Positions 18,307 to 27,868 of a stretch of DNA of 64,000 nucleotides are shown in pieces. The translations under genes were made by a program, and so were the position numbers. The notes below the pieces were generated by a model, which had not been told where the DNA came from, did no database searches, and saw nothing but the letters and a program-made list of their open reading frames with translations. Position 1 is the first letter of the stretch. Each line of letters opens with the position of its first letter. Where the stretch lies: NCBI GenBank assembly GCA_040754395.1, contig JBFMCL010000008.1, positions 50,823-114,822 on the forward strand. The letters are read 5' to 3'. Source of the DNA: Nitrospirota bacterium. Its GTDB lineage: Bacteria; Nitrospirota; Thermodesulfovibrionia; Thermodesulfovibrionales; SM23-35.

Positions 18307-19074
18307 CTACGGGATGCAGAGGGAATCCAGGATGCTGTAGACTGCCTGCACGGCTGGTGAGTCTTCTGAAAGAGCAAAGACAGAATTTCCCCGGAGATCG
18401 TTTTCGAATATTGCACTATCCTGCGGCACCATGCCCGCAACCTCGAGACCATAGCGTTCTGCCAGTTGGCGCAATGCAGCCTTTTCATTTCCTGTTACCC
18501 TGTTGATGATGACGACGCGTCTGTCCAGTTCGAGCCGGAGTTCACCGGCGAGCATGTCTATTCGTGCAGCAGTCCGTATGCCCCTGACCGCGGCATCGCT
18601 CACGATAAGAAGCAGGTTCACCTTGTGCGTTGTCCTCCTGCTGAGGTGCTCCATTCCCGCCTCATTGTCGATGACCACATAGGGGTATGAATCGGACAGC
18701 TTGTCGGTATATTTCCTGATGATATTGTTGGCAGCGCAGTAGCATCCGGGGCCTTCGGGTCTTCCCATGACCATCAGATCAAAGCCGCTTGATTCAACAA
18801 GCGACTGCTGTACCTGATAGTCGAACATCTGTTCCATGGACATGCCTCCGGGACGGTCTGCGCCGCTTCTGACAATCTGCAGCGATTCCTCGCGCAGTCC
18901 GCCTATGGTAGCGTGCAGTTTCACGCCGAGCGCTTCATTGAGACAGGCATTGGAATCTGCATCGACGGCCAGCACAGGCAATTTCCTCCTCTCGATCAGA
19001 TACCGGACCGTAAGACCCGCGACAGTTGTTTTGCCTGTCCCGCCCTTTCCTGCCAATGCAGTAACAAATGCCAT
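18307..19074 (-). CDS. cooC: CooC/AcsF-type nickel-insertion ATPase
   Basis: GKGGTGKT, VDADSN, MGRPEGPGCYC, IDNEAGMEHLSR. Confidence 0.9.
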   Translation of the reverse strand: MAFVTALAGKGGTGKTTVAGLTVRYLIERRKLPVLAVDADSNACLNEALGVKLHATIGGLREESLQIVRSGADRPGGMSMEQMFDYQVQQSLVESSGFDLMVMGRPEGPGCYCAANNIIRKYTDKLSDSYPYVVIDNEAGMEHLSRRTTHKVNLLLIVSDAAVRGIRTAARIDMLAGELRLELDRRVVIINRVTGNEKAALRQLAERYGLEVAGMVPQDSAIFENDLRGNSVFALSEDSPAVQAVYSILDSLCIP

Positions 19075-19160
19075 AAAATATTATACAATCAGTTGATATT
19101 TTTCATGTAATTTCAGAAAATATATCAGAGATATACATCTTGGGCGCGGAGGATGATACC

Positions 19161-19658
19161 ATGTCGGACTTATTACAATATTCAGCGAAAAAAGTTACTG
19201 CAGCAATGGTTTTTTTCTTTGCTGTTGTGGTCATGACAAATATGCCATTATACAGCGCGGAGACTCGCAAGGTACCCTTGTATGTTGGTTCGGACAGATG
19301 CAAGAAATGCCATGAAAAGGAATATAACAGTTTTATGCAATATGCCAAAAAAAGCAGGTCTTACAACAGCATAGAGAGGGTCAAAAAGGGGCTTACGCAG
19401 GAGGAAATCAGGGGATGCTACGTATGTCATACTACCGGCTACGGAAAGCCGGGCGGGTTTGTCAGCCTTGAAAAGACGCCTCATCTGAAGAATACAGGAT
19501 GCGAGGCATGTCATGGACCTGCTGAATTCCATGTCAAAACAAGCGATCCAGATTACATAAAAAGAAAAATGACCCTGAATGACTGTGAAATCTGCCATAT
19601 TTCCGAGAGGGTTAAGGCGTTCAATTATAAGCCCCTGATCCATGGAGGCGCACACTGA
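19161..19658 (+). CDS. Tetraheme cytochrome c (c554-like)
   Basis: Signal or anchor; YVGSDRCKKCH, CYVCHTTGY, CEACHGP, CEICH. Confidence 0.9.
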   Translation: MSDLLQYSAKKVTAAMVFFFAVVVMTNMPLYSAETRKVPLYVGSDRCKKCHEKEYNSFMQYAKKSRSYNSIERVKKGLTQEEIRGCYVCHTTGYGKPGGFVSLEKTPHLKNTGCEACHGPAEFHVKTSDPDYIKRKMTLNDCEICHISERVKAFNYKPLIHGGAH

Positions 19659-19708
19659 AACTCAGAAAATAGGGATATTTGCATGCAAAACTCAAGGAAA
19701 GGCAAAGG

Positions 19709-22408
19709 ATGATTCTCAACGCGATAAGAAAACATCTCGGTTACAAGATCATGGCTGCGATGCTCGTCATCATACTCCTCCTGCTTCTGGCGGAAATCTA
19801 TATGAGGATTTATTTCGGCACCAAGGACAGGCTGGAAATCGCCAGCGCGCTCAGTAACGAACTCGCTGTTTCGATTTATGCGGGCATCAAATATCCCATG
19901 GAAATCGGAGACAGTGAAGCGATAAAGAGGGAAATGAGGGATATCAGGGAAAAGATGAAGAATGTTGAGGTCTTCATCTGCGACTTTGATCAGGAGATTG
20001 TCTATTCGACACATATGGAACTGGTGAAGACTAGACTGCCTGGAATAATCAGGAATAAAAATATATCAGACACCCTGGAAGAAACCCTGAAAACAGGAAT
20101 TCAGCCGCTCTTTGACCCGAGAAACCCGCATGAGGATATGGTCAATGGAAAGAGGCACCTGGTAGTGATGAGACCCATACTTAATGATAAGGACTGTTAC
20201 CACTGTCACGGGTCCTCCAGAAAGGTTCTTGGCGGCATTGTGGTCCGTCTGGACGCAGAAAAAACCTATGCGCAGGTTGCAGCACAGCGCAACAGGACGA
20301 TCATGATAGTTGCATTCCTTATCCCCATCTCGGTAATTCTTGTATTCCTTATGGTGAACAAGCTTGTGAGAAGGCCGATTGAAAACCTCGCAGAGAAGGC
20401 AAAGCAGTTTGCTGACGGGGACATGTCGGTTTCGGTCGAGATAAAAACAGAGGATGAAATAGGGATTCTCGGCAGAACATTCAACAACATGGTCGAAAGC
20501 GTTGCGTCGACGTCCAAGAAGCTGGAGGAGGAAGTAAGCAGTAAAACGACACTGCTGAATGAGAGGACGAAACTGCTGACCCTTCTTGAGCGGGCAAACA
20601 AGGAACTCAGGGAGCTCGACAAGCTGAAATCTACCTTTCTGGCCAATATGTCACATGAACTCCGCACGCCGATGAATGCGATCATCGGCTATACAGATCT
20701 CCTGATAGACGGAGTCGACGGCCCGATCAATGAGGACCAGGAGAAAAGCCTGAGAAAAGTCGCCACAAATGCCCGAAATCTCCTTCAGCTGATAAATGAC
20801 GTGCTTGATATCTCGAAGATAGAAGCGGGAAAGATGAAGCTCTCACCCAAGGAGCTTGATCTGAAAAGGCTCGTGGATTCTGCCTTGCCTACGTTTGAAC
20901 CGCAGTTGAAACTGAAAGGGCTTACCCTCAGCGAGGATATCCCGGAAGGAATGCCCCTTGTGTACGGAGATGAAGACAGGATACGGGAGGTTTTTACCAA
21001 CCTTCTTTCAAATGCGATCAAATTTACCAATAAGGGGGGGATAAGGATCACCGCAAAACTTTCCGAGAGAGGCGTGAAGCCGGGGGAGCCCCCGCTGTTT
21101 ATGGAGATATGTGTTGAAGACACAGGCATAGGAATAAAGGAAGAAGACGTTGGGAAGATCTTTGATAAGTTCGTGCAGGCTGACCTTACCACAATCCGGC
21201 AGTACGAGGGAACGGGCCTTGGACTGAGTATTGCACGGGGACTGATTTCACTGCACAAAGGGGTCATTTGGGTTACGAGCAAGGTGGGGGAAGGAAGCAG
21301 GTTCTGTTTCACCCTGCCACTGAAGAAGGAAATACTCGAAAAGCCAATGGAACCGGTCATCGAAACCAGAATTGCGGAAACGCTTGCCGATTATTATGGA
21401 AAGTCCGTTGACAATTTCATGAAAGAACCGGAATATGGCGGAAAACCGGTGAGGTGCTGGGAATATATCCGGTGTGGACAACCGAGCTGTCCTGCATACG
21501 GAAGCAAGGAGAGCAGATGCTGGCTGATCATGGGCACTCACTGCGCCGGAATGAAGATCGCAGCATATCCGGAAAAAGCTGACTTCTGCAAGGGATGTGA
21601 ACTGATCCAGAGCATCGTAGCGAAATCTGATGACGAACATTTGTCTGAAAGAATGACGAACAGGGATAAAGACAAAAAAACGGTCCTTGCGATAGACGAC
21701 AATCCCGAGGCTATTGATATCATAAGAAAATACCTTGGAGAGGACTACAAGGTGATCGGGCTTTACAGCGGTGAAGAAGCGGTGAAGAAGGCGAAGGAAA
21801 TCAACCCGATAGCCATAACACTTGACATCATGATGCCGAAAAAGGATGGATGGCAGGTGCTGCGGGAACTGAAGGATGACCCTGAAACACAGGACATTCC
21901 GGTGCTCGTCATCTCGATTGTAGACGATCAGAGAAAGGGGTTCAGTCTCGGGGCAGCGGAATACATTATCAAACCTGTCGAAAGGGCGGTGCTTTTAAGA
22001 AAACTCAATACACTGGAAAGGACCGCAAAAATCAAACGGGTGCTGATTGTCGACAATGACCCCAATACTGTGCGGCAGATCGCAAGTGTGCTGGAGGAAG
22101 CGGCGTACCAGGTTATGACAGCATACAACAATGAGGATGCGATCAGGTCAATAAGTGATATCAGACCTGATTTGGTTGTTTTGAATCTTACGATGCCCGA
22201 GACCGGTTTTGATGTCATAGAGCATATCAAAACACATAAGGCAGTCAAAGATATCCCCCTGATTGTCCTGACACAGAAGGATCTGACCGAAAAGGAAATA
22301 GACGATCTGAACGGCAGAATTCACGGAATACTCAATGAGGTTGTTTTGACCAAAGAGGATCTTCTTCAGGAAATCAAGGAGGCTATTCAAAAAATTGGCA
22401 AGGCCTGA
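19709..22408 (+). CDS. Hybrid sensor histidine kinase: periplasmic heme-c sensor, HAMP, HisKA, HATPase, Cys-rich CW module, two REC domains
   Basis: Two TM helices, CYHCH, FLANMSHELRTPMN, NLLSNAIKFT, GTGLGL, CWEYIRC..CPAY..RCW, LDIMMP; start 19709 or 19679. Confidence 0.92.
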   Translation: MILNAIRKHLGYKIMAAMLVIILLLLLAEIYMRIYFGTKDRLEIASALSNELAVSIYAGIKYPMEIGDSEAIKREMRDIREKMKNVEVFICDFDQEIVYSTHMELVKTRLPGIIRNKNISDTLEETLKTGIQPLFDPRNPHEDMVNGKRHLVVMRPILNDKDCYHCHGSSRKVLGGIVVRLDAEKTYAQVAAQRNRTIMIVAFLIPISVILVFLMVNKLVRRPIENLAEKAKQFADGDMSVSVEIKTEDEIGILGRTFNNMVESVASTSKKLEEEVSSKTTLLNERTKLLTLLERANKELRELDKLKSTFLANMSHELRTPMNAIIGYTDLLIDGVDGPINEDQEKSLRKVATNARNLLQLINDVLDISKIEAGKMKLSPKELDLKRLVDSALPTFEPQLKLKGLTLSEDIPEGMPLVYGDEDRIREVFTNLLSNAIKFTNKGGIRITAKLSERGVKPGEPPLFMEICVEDTGIGIKEEDVGKIFDKFVQADLTTIRQYEGTGLGLSIARGLISLHKGVIWVTSKVGEGSRFCFTLPLKKEILEKPMEPVIETRIAETLADYYGKSVDNFMKEPEYGGKPVRCWEYIRCGQPSCPAYGSKESRCWLIMGTHCAGMKIAAYPEKADFCKGCELIQSIVAKSDDEHLSERMTNRDKDKKTVLAIDDNPEAIDIIRKYLGEDYKVIGLYSGEEAVKKAKEINPIAITLDIMMPKKDGWQVLRELKDDPETQDIPVLVISIVDDQRKGFSLGAAEYIIKPVERAVLLRKLNTLERTAKIKRVLIVDNDPNTVRQIASVLEEAAYQVMTAYNNEDAIRSISDIRPDLVVLNLTMPETGFDVIEHIKTHKAVKDIPLIVLTQKDLTEKEIDDLNGRIHGILNEVVLTKEDLLQEIKEAIQKIGKA

Positions 22409-22573
22409 GTGCACCCGGTTGAAATGGCATGCTCCCGGGTAATATATCTCACAAATCAACCGATAAGAATGGTTATTTTCGCCCTGCCGCAGGAAAAAAA
22501 GAATTTCTCGAAAAATCTGATGATTCTATATAATAGAGGTAGCAAAAATCAGGGGCAGGGATAAAGGGGAACT

Positions 22574-22987
22574 GTGCCGAGAAAGATACTGATTGTCGAA
22601 GACAATGACGACAACCGCGAGCTTGTGGTCAAAGTGCTCCGGAATAAAGGATATACTACCATTGAAGCTGTTGACGGGGAAGAAGCACTCATTAAGGCAA
22701 CTGCCGAAATACCGGATCTTGTACTGCTGGACATCTCTCTTCCGAAACTGGACGGGTATGAAGTCGCCAAGAGACTCAAGAGCCGGGAGGAATTTCTGGA
22801 TATCCCGATAGTAGCCTTTACTGCCCATGCAATGAAGGGAGACAGGGAAAAGGCCATTGCGGCAGGGTTCGAAGGCTATATCTCAAAGCCTGTGAATATC
22901 AGGGAATTGCCCGATCAGGTCAAATCGTTTATCCGCGGAAAAAGGGAGAGCATCCTGGGTGGAGAAGAAGAAGATTCTGATAGTTGA
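22574..22987 (+). CDS. Single-domain response regulator (DivK-like)
   Basis: ILIVEDN, LLDISLP, TAHAMKGD, ISKP. Confidence 0.92.
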   Translation: MPRKILIVEDNDDNRELVVKVLRNKGYTTIEAVDGEEALIKATAEIPDLVLLDISLPKLDGYEVAKRLKSREEFLDIPIVAFTAHAMKGDREKAIAAGFEGYISKPVNIRELPDQVKSFIRGKRESILGGEEEDSDS

Positions 22988-24023
22988 TGATGCTGTCGAT
23001 ACGGTCGAGCTTCTGACGAAAAGGTTCCGGTCCGAAGGGTACGATACTTCAGAAGCCTACAATGGGGAAGAAGCGCTGAGCAAGGTCCCCGAATACCATC
23101 CTGATTTGATTGTCCTCGACATAATGATGCCGAAAATCGATGGGTACGAAGTCTGCCGGACACTCAAGACAGATGACAGTACCAAGTATATCCCGATTCT
23201 CATGCTTACCGCCAAAGGAGAAGTTGATCATAAGGTGAAGGGGCTTGATATCGGGGCTGATGATTATATGGCAAAGCCGTTTGACTACAAAGAGCTTGCT
23301 GCAAGGGTAAGGTCGTTGCTTTCGATTAAGGCAACGCATGAGAAAAAGGTGGAGGAAGAAAGGTCAGGGGCCCTTGAGCAGATGATGGAGCAGGTTGCTC
23401 ATGAGATAAGAAATCCCCTGACCGCAATAGGAGGATTTGCCCGAAAGGTCTTCTCGAAGCTTCCCGAGGACGATCCCAACAGGAGATACATGCAGATGAT
23501 CATCGAGGATGTTGCAGTGCTTGAGAGCATGATCAAGCAGCTCATAGAACTGAAGTCGATGTCAATCTCGATGAAGGAGCCTGCTGATATCAATCAAATC
23601 ATCAGGGATTCCCTGCAGGTGTTTGAGCAGGACATCCGGCAGAAATCCGTGCACGTCGAAACCGATATGCAGGAAGGCCTCCCAAGCCTTGTGGCGGACA
23701 GGAAGCTTCTCAAGAGGGCATTCTGCAATCTTATCAAGAATGCGATTGAAGCAATGGAAAGCGGCACGAAAGTGCTGAAGATCAGCAGCAGCAATACGGA
23801 TAACAGTCTTGTCCTGGAGTTCGCGGATACGGGGAAAGGAATTTCTCAGGACAAGATCAGGTATATCTTTGATCCAATGGTCACTTCTAAAGTCTATGGT
23901 CCGGGGCTTGGACTGACATTCGCTTCAAAAATCATACAGGACCATAACGGCACAATCTCGGTAAAAAGCGAACCTGAAAAGGGTACCGCGTTCAAAATCG
24001 TCTTCCCGGTCGGAACTTCCTGA
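22959..24023 (+). CDS. REC-HisKA-HATPase hybrid kinase
   Basis: ILIVDD, LDIMMP, AHEIRNPL, NLIKNAIEAM, GLGL. Confidence 0.92.
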   Translation: MEKKKILIVDDAVDTVELLTKRFRSEGYDTSEAYNGEEALSKVPEYHPDLIVLDIMMPKIDGYEVCRTLKTDDSTKYIPILMLTAKGEVDHKVKGLDIGADDYMAKPFDYKELAARVRSLLSIKATHEKKVEEERSGALEQMMEQVAHEIRNPLTAIGGFARKVFSKLPEDDPNRRYMQMIIEDVAVLESMIKQLIELKSMSISMKEPADINQIIRDSLQVFEQDIRQKSVHVETDMQEGLPSLVADRKLLKRAFCNLIKNAIEAMESGTKVLKISSSNTDNSLVLEFADTGKGISQDKIRYIFDPMVTSKVYGPGLGLTFASKIIQDHNGTISVKSEPEKGTAFKIVFPVGTS

Positions 24024-24090
24024 TCGTTTTTCTCAATGAGAAACCTTTCTGAGGGATTTGGGAATAACTTTATATTTATGGAGGGATAGT

Positions 24091-24813
24091 ATGGCTGATC
24101 TGAAAAATATCTGCGGCAACCTGGTTGATCGCCTTGATCTGCGTTATCAGCCTGTCGGCGTGACGCTTTACGGAAAGAACGAGGCGTTACCTGAAAACAT
24201 TCCCTTTACAGATGAAAAACTGAAGAGTTACTGCCAGGCACTCGTCCTTGCAGGCAAGGAAAGGACACTTCTTCTGAAAAAGGAGCACATGGGCTGCAAG
24301 CTGGGGACCGCGGTGCTGGGTTTTGAGGAGAAGGCTGAGGACCTGCTCGATGACGGCGCATTCGAAAAGTTCGAGGCAGGATTATTTGCTACTGAGGAAG
24401 CCTCTGCTGAGACCATGCTCAAATCTACCTATCTTCCCAGAGACCAAACGGGGGCTGCCTTCATAGCTCCGCTGAGCGCTTTCAGGGACGTGCCCGATGT
24501 GGTGGTTTTTTCCGCGGACAGTGAGCAGGTCATGTGGCTTCTGTATGCCGTGAACTATGAAAAAGGCGGTGCGATCAACCTTCCGCAGTCCGGAGGCGCA
24601 CTGGGCGGATGTGCTGATATCACCGCGTGGCCGATACTCATGGTTCAGCCAAATGTTACCTTTCTTGGCCTTGGGTGCCGGATAAAGTCATCTCTGGATG
24701 CATGTCATCTCATGATGGGGATTCCCGGAAAAATGATCGGGATGGTGCATGGAAATATCCTGAAGATGGAAAAGCCGATCGCCATGCTGAAAAAGGCAAG
24801 AGACGGTGCATAA
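24091..24813 (+). CDS. DUF169 family protein
   Basis: PVGV, YCQA, GC, LGCR Cys pattern. Confidence 0.75.
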   Translation: MADLKNICGNLVDRLDLRYQPVGVTLYGKNEALPENIPFTDEKLKSYCQALVLAGKERTLLLKKEHMGCKLGTAVLGFEEKAEDLLDDGAFEKFEAGLFATEEASAETMLKSTYLPRDQTGAAFIAPLSAFRDVPDVVVFSADSEQVMWLLYAVNYEKGGAINLPQSGGALGGCADITAWPILMVQPNVTFLGLGCRIKSSLDACHLMMGIPGKMIGMVHGNILKMEKPIAMLKKARDGA

Positions 24814-24835
24814 TGCGTATGTGCAGCGGAGAGTG

Positions 24836-25546
24836 CTATTTCGTCTTCAGGGTTCGTATGCGGGCAATCTCTTCCTGATAGCCGTAAATATGGGCACCTG
24901 CGCTGTACGCATACATGGGACCGTTGCTCAGCCCTGCTTCAGACGCAACAAACTGCTTAAGCAGTTCTATGCCGCCAAGGTTTGTGGGAAAGCCTGCCCA
25001 TAAATCCCACGACCTGAAGTACACGCTTACAGTAAGCAGCAGATCATTACCTGACGGTATTGCCTTGAAATCAAGCAGCCTGAGGCAGGGCGGATCGATT
25101 TTCCCGTCCTTGCCAAGGCAGATGTCGAGGTCTTCAGGAGTGGCAACCTCAATTACCGCCTGATTGGTGAGAGGGGTTTCCCTGAGGATTTCGATCACGC
25201 GTTCGAGCTGGGTCCCTCCGTTCGGCATGCTGTGCTGAATCCTGCTTGCATAGGTATATGTTTCATTGTCAGCCAGTTCCGGGTTCATGAGATAGTTGCT
25301 GAAATAATCCTCGATATACTCCATGGTCGTTGGTGCGGGAATGCACAGGCCCGGAGGGATTGTCGGGACTATATCATAGTACGGGTGCTCTATGAAGACC
25401 GCGATACCCGGGAACTGAAGCCGGTACTGCTCATTTTCGAATGAGCCCTTCTGAATATTCTGGGAATATGCCTTATCGAACAGGTTATAAATGAGCTGAA
25501 ACCACGCGTCGGATATAGTTTTGGCTGTCAGGCAGAAAGGGAGCAT
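24836..25546 (-). CDS. Thymidylate synthase-like protein (archaeal-type ThyA family)
   Basis: YTYASR, DPPCLR, YFRSWDLWAGFPTNL, AHIY; start at ATG 25546. Confidence 0.82.
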   Translation of the reverse strand: MLPFCLTAKTISDAWFQLIYNLFDKAYSQNIQKGSFENEQYRLQFPGIAVFIEHPYYDIVPTIPPGLCIPAPTTMEYIEDYFSNYLMNPELADNETYTYASRIQHSMPNGGTQLERVIEILRETPLTNQAVIEVATPEDLDICLGKDGKIDPPCLRLLDFKAIPSGNDLLLTVSVYFRSWDLWAGFPTNLGGIELLKQFVASEAGLSNGPMYAYSAGAHIYGYQEEIARIRTLKTK

Positions 25547-25708
25547 AACCTCACCATTTTTGCCGTATAGTGTATCATTTCGACCCCTGCGAAGAGAAGC
25601 AGAATATGAATACTTTACAGAGCATGACCAAAGAAGTAACATTCTGGTAATACCATGCATGAAAAGAAGCATGAAATAGCGGACAGGAAACGGTAAACGG
25701 GGGGAACC

Positions 25709-25973
25709 ATGAAAATAAGGGAGATAATGACGCGAAATGTGCTGACTGTTGAACGGGACCAGTCATTAAAAAGCGCTGCTGAGATAATGAGTGATCGGGG
25801 AGATCATGGGAACGCCTCCTGTTACCGTCAGCAGTGATATGCCTGTGGTAAGGGCAGGTTCTCTCATGATCCTGCGGAGGATCAAACAGGTCCCGGTGGT
25901 AGACGGGGACAACCTTGCCGGTATCGTTACGCTGACAGACATCATTAACCATCTCCTCGAAAAAATGCAATGA
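25709..25973 (+). pseudogene. CBS-domain gene broken by an internal deletion/frameshift
   Basis: MKIREIMTRNVLTVERDQSLKSAAEIM in one frame; IGEIMGTPPVTV...QVPVVDGDNLAGIVTLTDI in another. Confidence 0.7.
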
Positions 25974-25995
25974 AATACCTGCCTGCAGAATACGG

Positions 25996-26760
25996 TCAGT
26001 CTTTTCTCTCGAATGCCCTGCCTGCCACAAGCACAAAGCAAACCGACGCAGCAAGGATGACCGAGATGCTTGTGATGAGGGAAAAGTCGGGCCCCATGCG
26101 GCCTGCCATGTCAGGGAACATCACATGCTTTATGATGTCGATTCCGTAGGTAAGCGGATTTAATCTGGCCACCAGCTGCAGCATACCGGGAAGGAGTTTT
26201 ACCGGGTACATTGCGCCTGAGAGAAAAAACATGGGCATGATAATGAAGTTCATAATGACGCTGAAGCTTTCATAGCTGTCGTAGAAAGTCGCAATGACAA
26301 TCCCGAACGCTGAGATGCAGAATGACAGCGAGACGCATACTGCAATGACCTCAACAATCTGGAGCATCCCGAGTCTGAATCCGAGGAACGGGAACAGGGC
26401 GAGGATAATGACCGCCTGAATGGTGGATACGATTGTGCCGCTGAGTGCCTTCCCGATGACGATTGAGAACCGGGAGACCGGGGCAACGAGGATCTCCTTC
26501 ATAAAGCCGAATTCCTTGTCCCAGATAATGGATATTGAAGAAAAGATCGAACTGAAAAGAATCGTCATGCCGATGATGCCCGGGAAGATAAACTGGGTAT
26601 AGGGAACGCCGGTATCGTGAGGGACGAGCCTTGAGATACCTGCTCCCACAATAAAAAGCCACAGGAGCGGCCGGGCGATGGCCGAAAAAAGCCGGCTTTT
26701 TTCCCTGGTGAATTTCTTGAATTCCCTGGCTACGATGACATATACCGCGTTGAATTCCAT
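25996..26760 (-). CDS. ABC-2 type transporter permease
   Basis: WDKEFGFMKEILVAP, PMFFLSGAMYP, NPLTYG. Confidence 0.92.
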   Translation of the reverse strand: MEFNAVYVIVAREFKKFTREKSRLFSAIARPLLWLFIVGAGISRLVPHDTGVPYTQFIFPGIIGMTILFSSIFSSISIIWDKEFGFMKEILVAPVSRFSIVIGKALSGTIVSTIQAVIILALFPFLGFRLGMLQIVEVIAVCVSLSFCISAFGIVIATFYDSYESFSVIMNFIIMPMFFLSGAMYPVKLLPGMLQLVARLNPLTYGIDIIKHVMFPDMAGRMGPDFSLITSISVILAASVCFVLVAGRAFERKD

Positions 26761-26801
26761 CAGATTAATGAGTTAATATCCTGATGTTCTGCATCGTTCC
26801 C

Positions 26802-27779
26802 CTAATGTCGCCTCCTGTAGGCGCGGACAGACTCCCGCACGGAATCATTGCCGGAGGCATCCTCCTCCCTGATCGTCTTGCCCGTGAGTTTGAGAAAGAC
26901 ATCGTTCAGGGTAGGCTTCTGCACCCTGACGGAAACGACCTTCTCCCCCAGAGTCCGGATGAGGTCAGGGATACAGGTGTCGCCCGTGCTGCAGGTCATG
27001 TAAAGCTGATCCCCTTTTTCTGACACGCGCATCTTGAACACTGATTCTATCTCTCTTCTGACATGCAGATTGTCTGTTGTGGTGATCGAAACGACATCTC
27101 CGCCGATCGTCTTCTTCAGGTCTTCGGGAGTATCGAGAGCGATTATCTTTCCGTGATCTATGATGGCAATCCTGTCACAGACTTCGGCTTCTTCCATGTA
27201 ATGGGTCGTCATGAAGATGGTGACCTTGTGCTGTCTTGGGAGTTCAGTGATGAATTCCCACAGGTTTGTCCTGCTCTGGGGATCAAGACCAAGGGTAGGT
27301 TCATCAAGGAAGAGCACCCGCGGTCTGTGTATCAGCCCGCGTGCGACCTCAAGCCTGCGCTTCATTCCTCCGGAAAATTTCTTCACGAGATCGTCTTTCC
27401 TGTCATACAGGTCTACAAACTTCAGTACATCGTGTACACGGTTTTTCATTTCGCTCTTGGGCACATCGTACAGGTAGGCGTGAAATACGAGATTTTCATA
27501 GGCGGTGAGATCCTTGTCGAGGGTAGAGTCCTGAAAGACAATCCCGATTGCTTTCCTCACCTCGGAGGGTTTTTTCATGCAATCATGCCCTGCGATGAAG
27601 GCCCTGCCCGAGGTAGGGGAGAGGAGGGTGCAGAGGATATTTATCGTGGTGGTCTTTCCGGCGCCGTTGGGACCGAGAAACCCGAAAATTGTACCTTCAT
27701 CGACTGTAAAAGAGATATCGTTGACGGCAAGGATTGCGCTGAACTTTTTTACAAGATTTTCGACTGAAATTATGGGCAC
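26802..27779 (-). CDS. ABC transporter ATP-binding protein (DrrA-like)
   Basis: GPNGAGKT, FSGGMKRR, LFLDEPT, TTHYMEEA. Confidence 0.93.
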   Translation of the reverse strand: MPIISVENLVKKFSAILAVNDISFTVDEGTIFGFLGPNGAGKTTTINILCTLLSPTSGRAFIAGHDCMKKPSEVRKAIGIVFQDSTLDKDLTAYENLVFHAYLYDVPKSEMKNRVHDVLKFVDLYDRKDDLVKKFSGGMKRRLEVARGLIHRPRVLFLDEPTLGLDPQSRTNLWEFITELPRQHKVTIFMTTHYMEEAEVCDRIAIIDHGKIIALDTPEDLKKTIGGDVVSITTTDNLHVRREIESVFKMRVSEKGDQLYMTCSTGDTCIPDLIRTLGEKVVSVRVQKPTLNDVFLKLTGKTIREEDASGNDSVRESVRAYRRRH

Positions 27780-27868
27780 ATCTTAAGTGTACCATGTATC
27801 AGAGGGCTGTGAAAGGAAAATGATTCCGGAGGAATTCGTGCCGCAGAATTACCGGGAGTACCGGCTGA

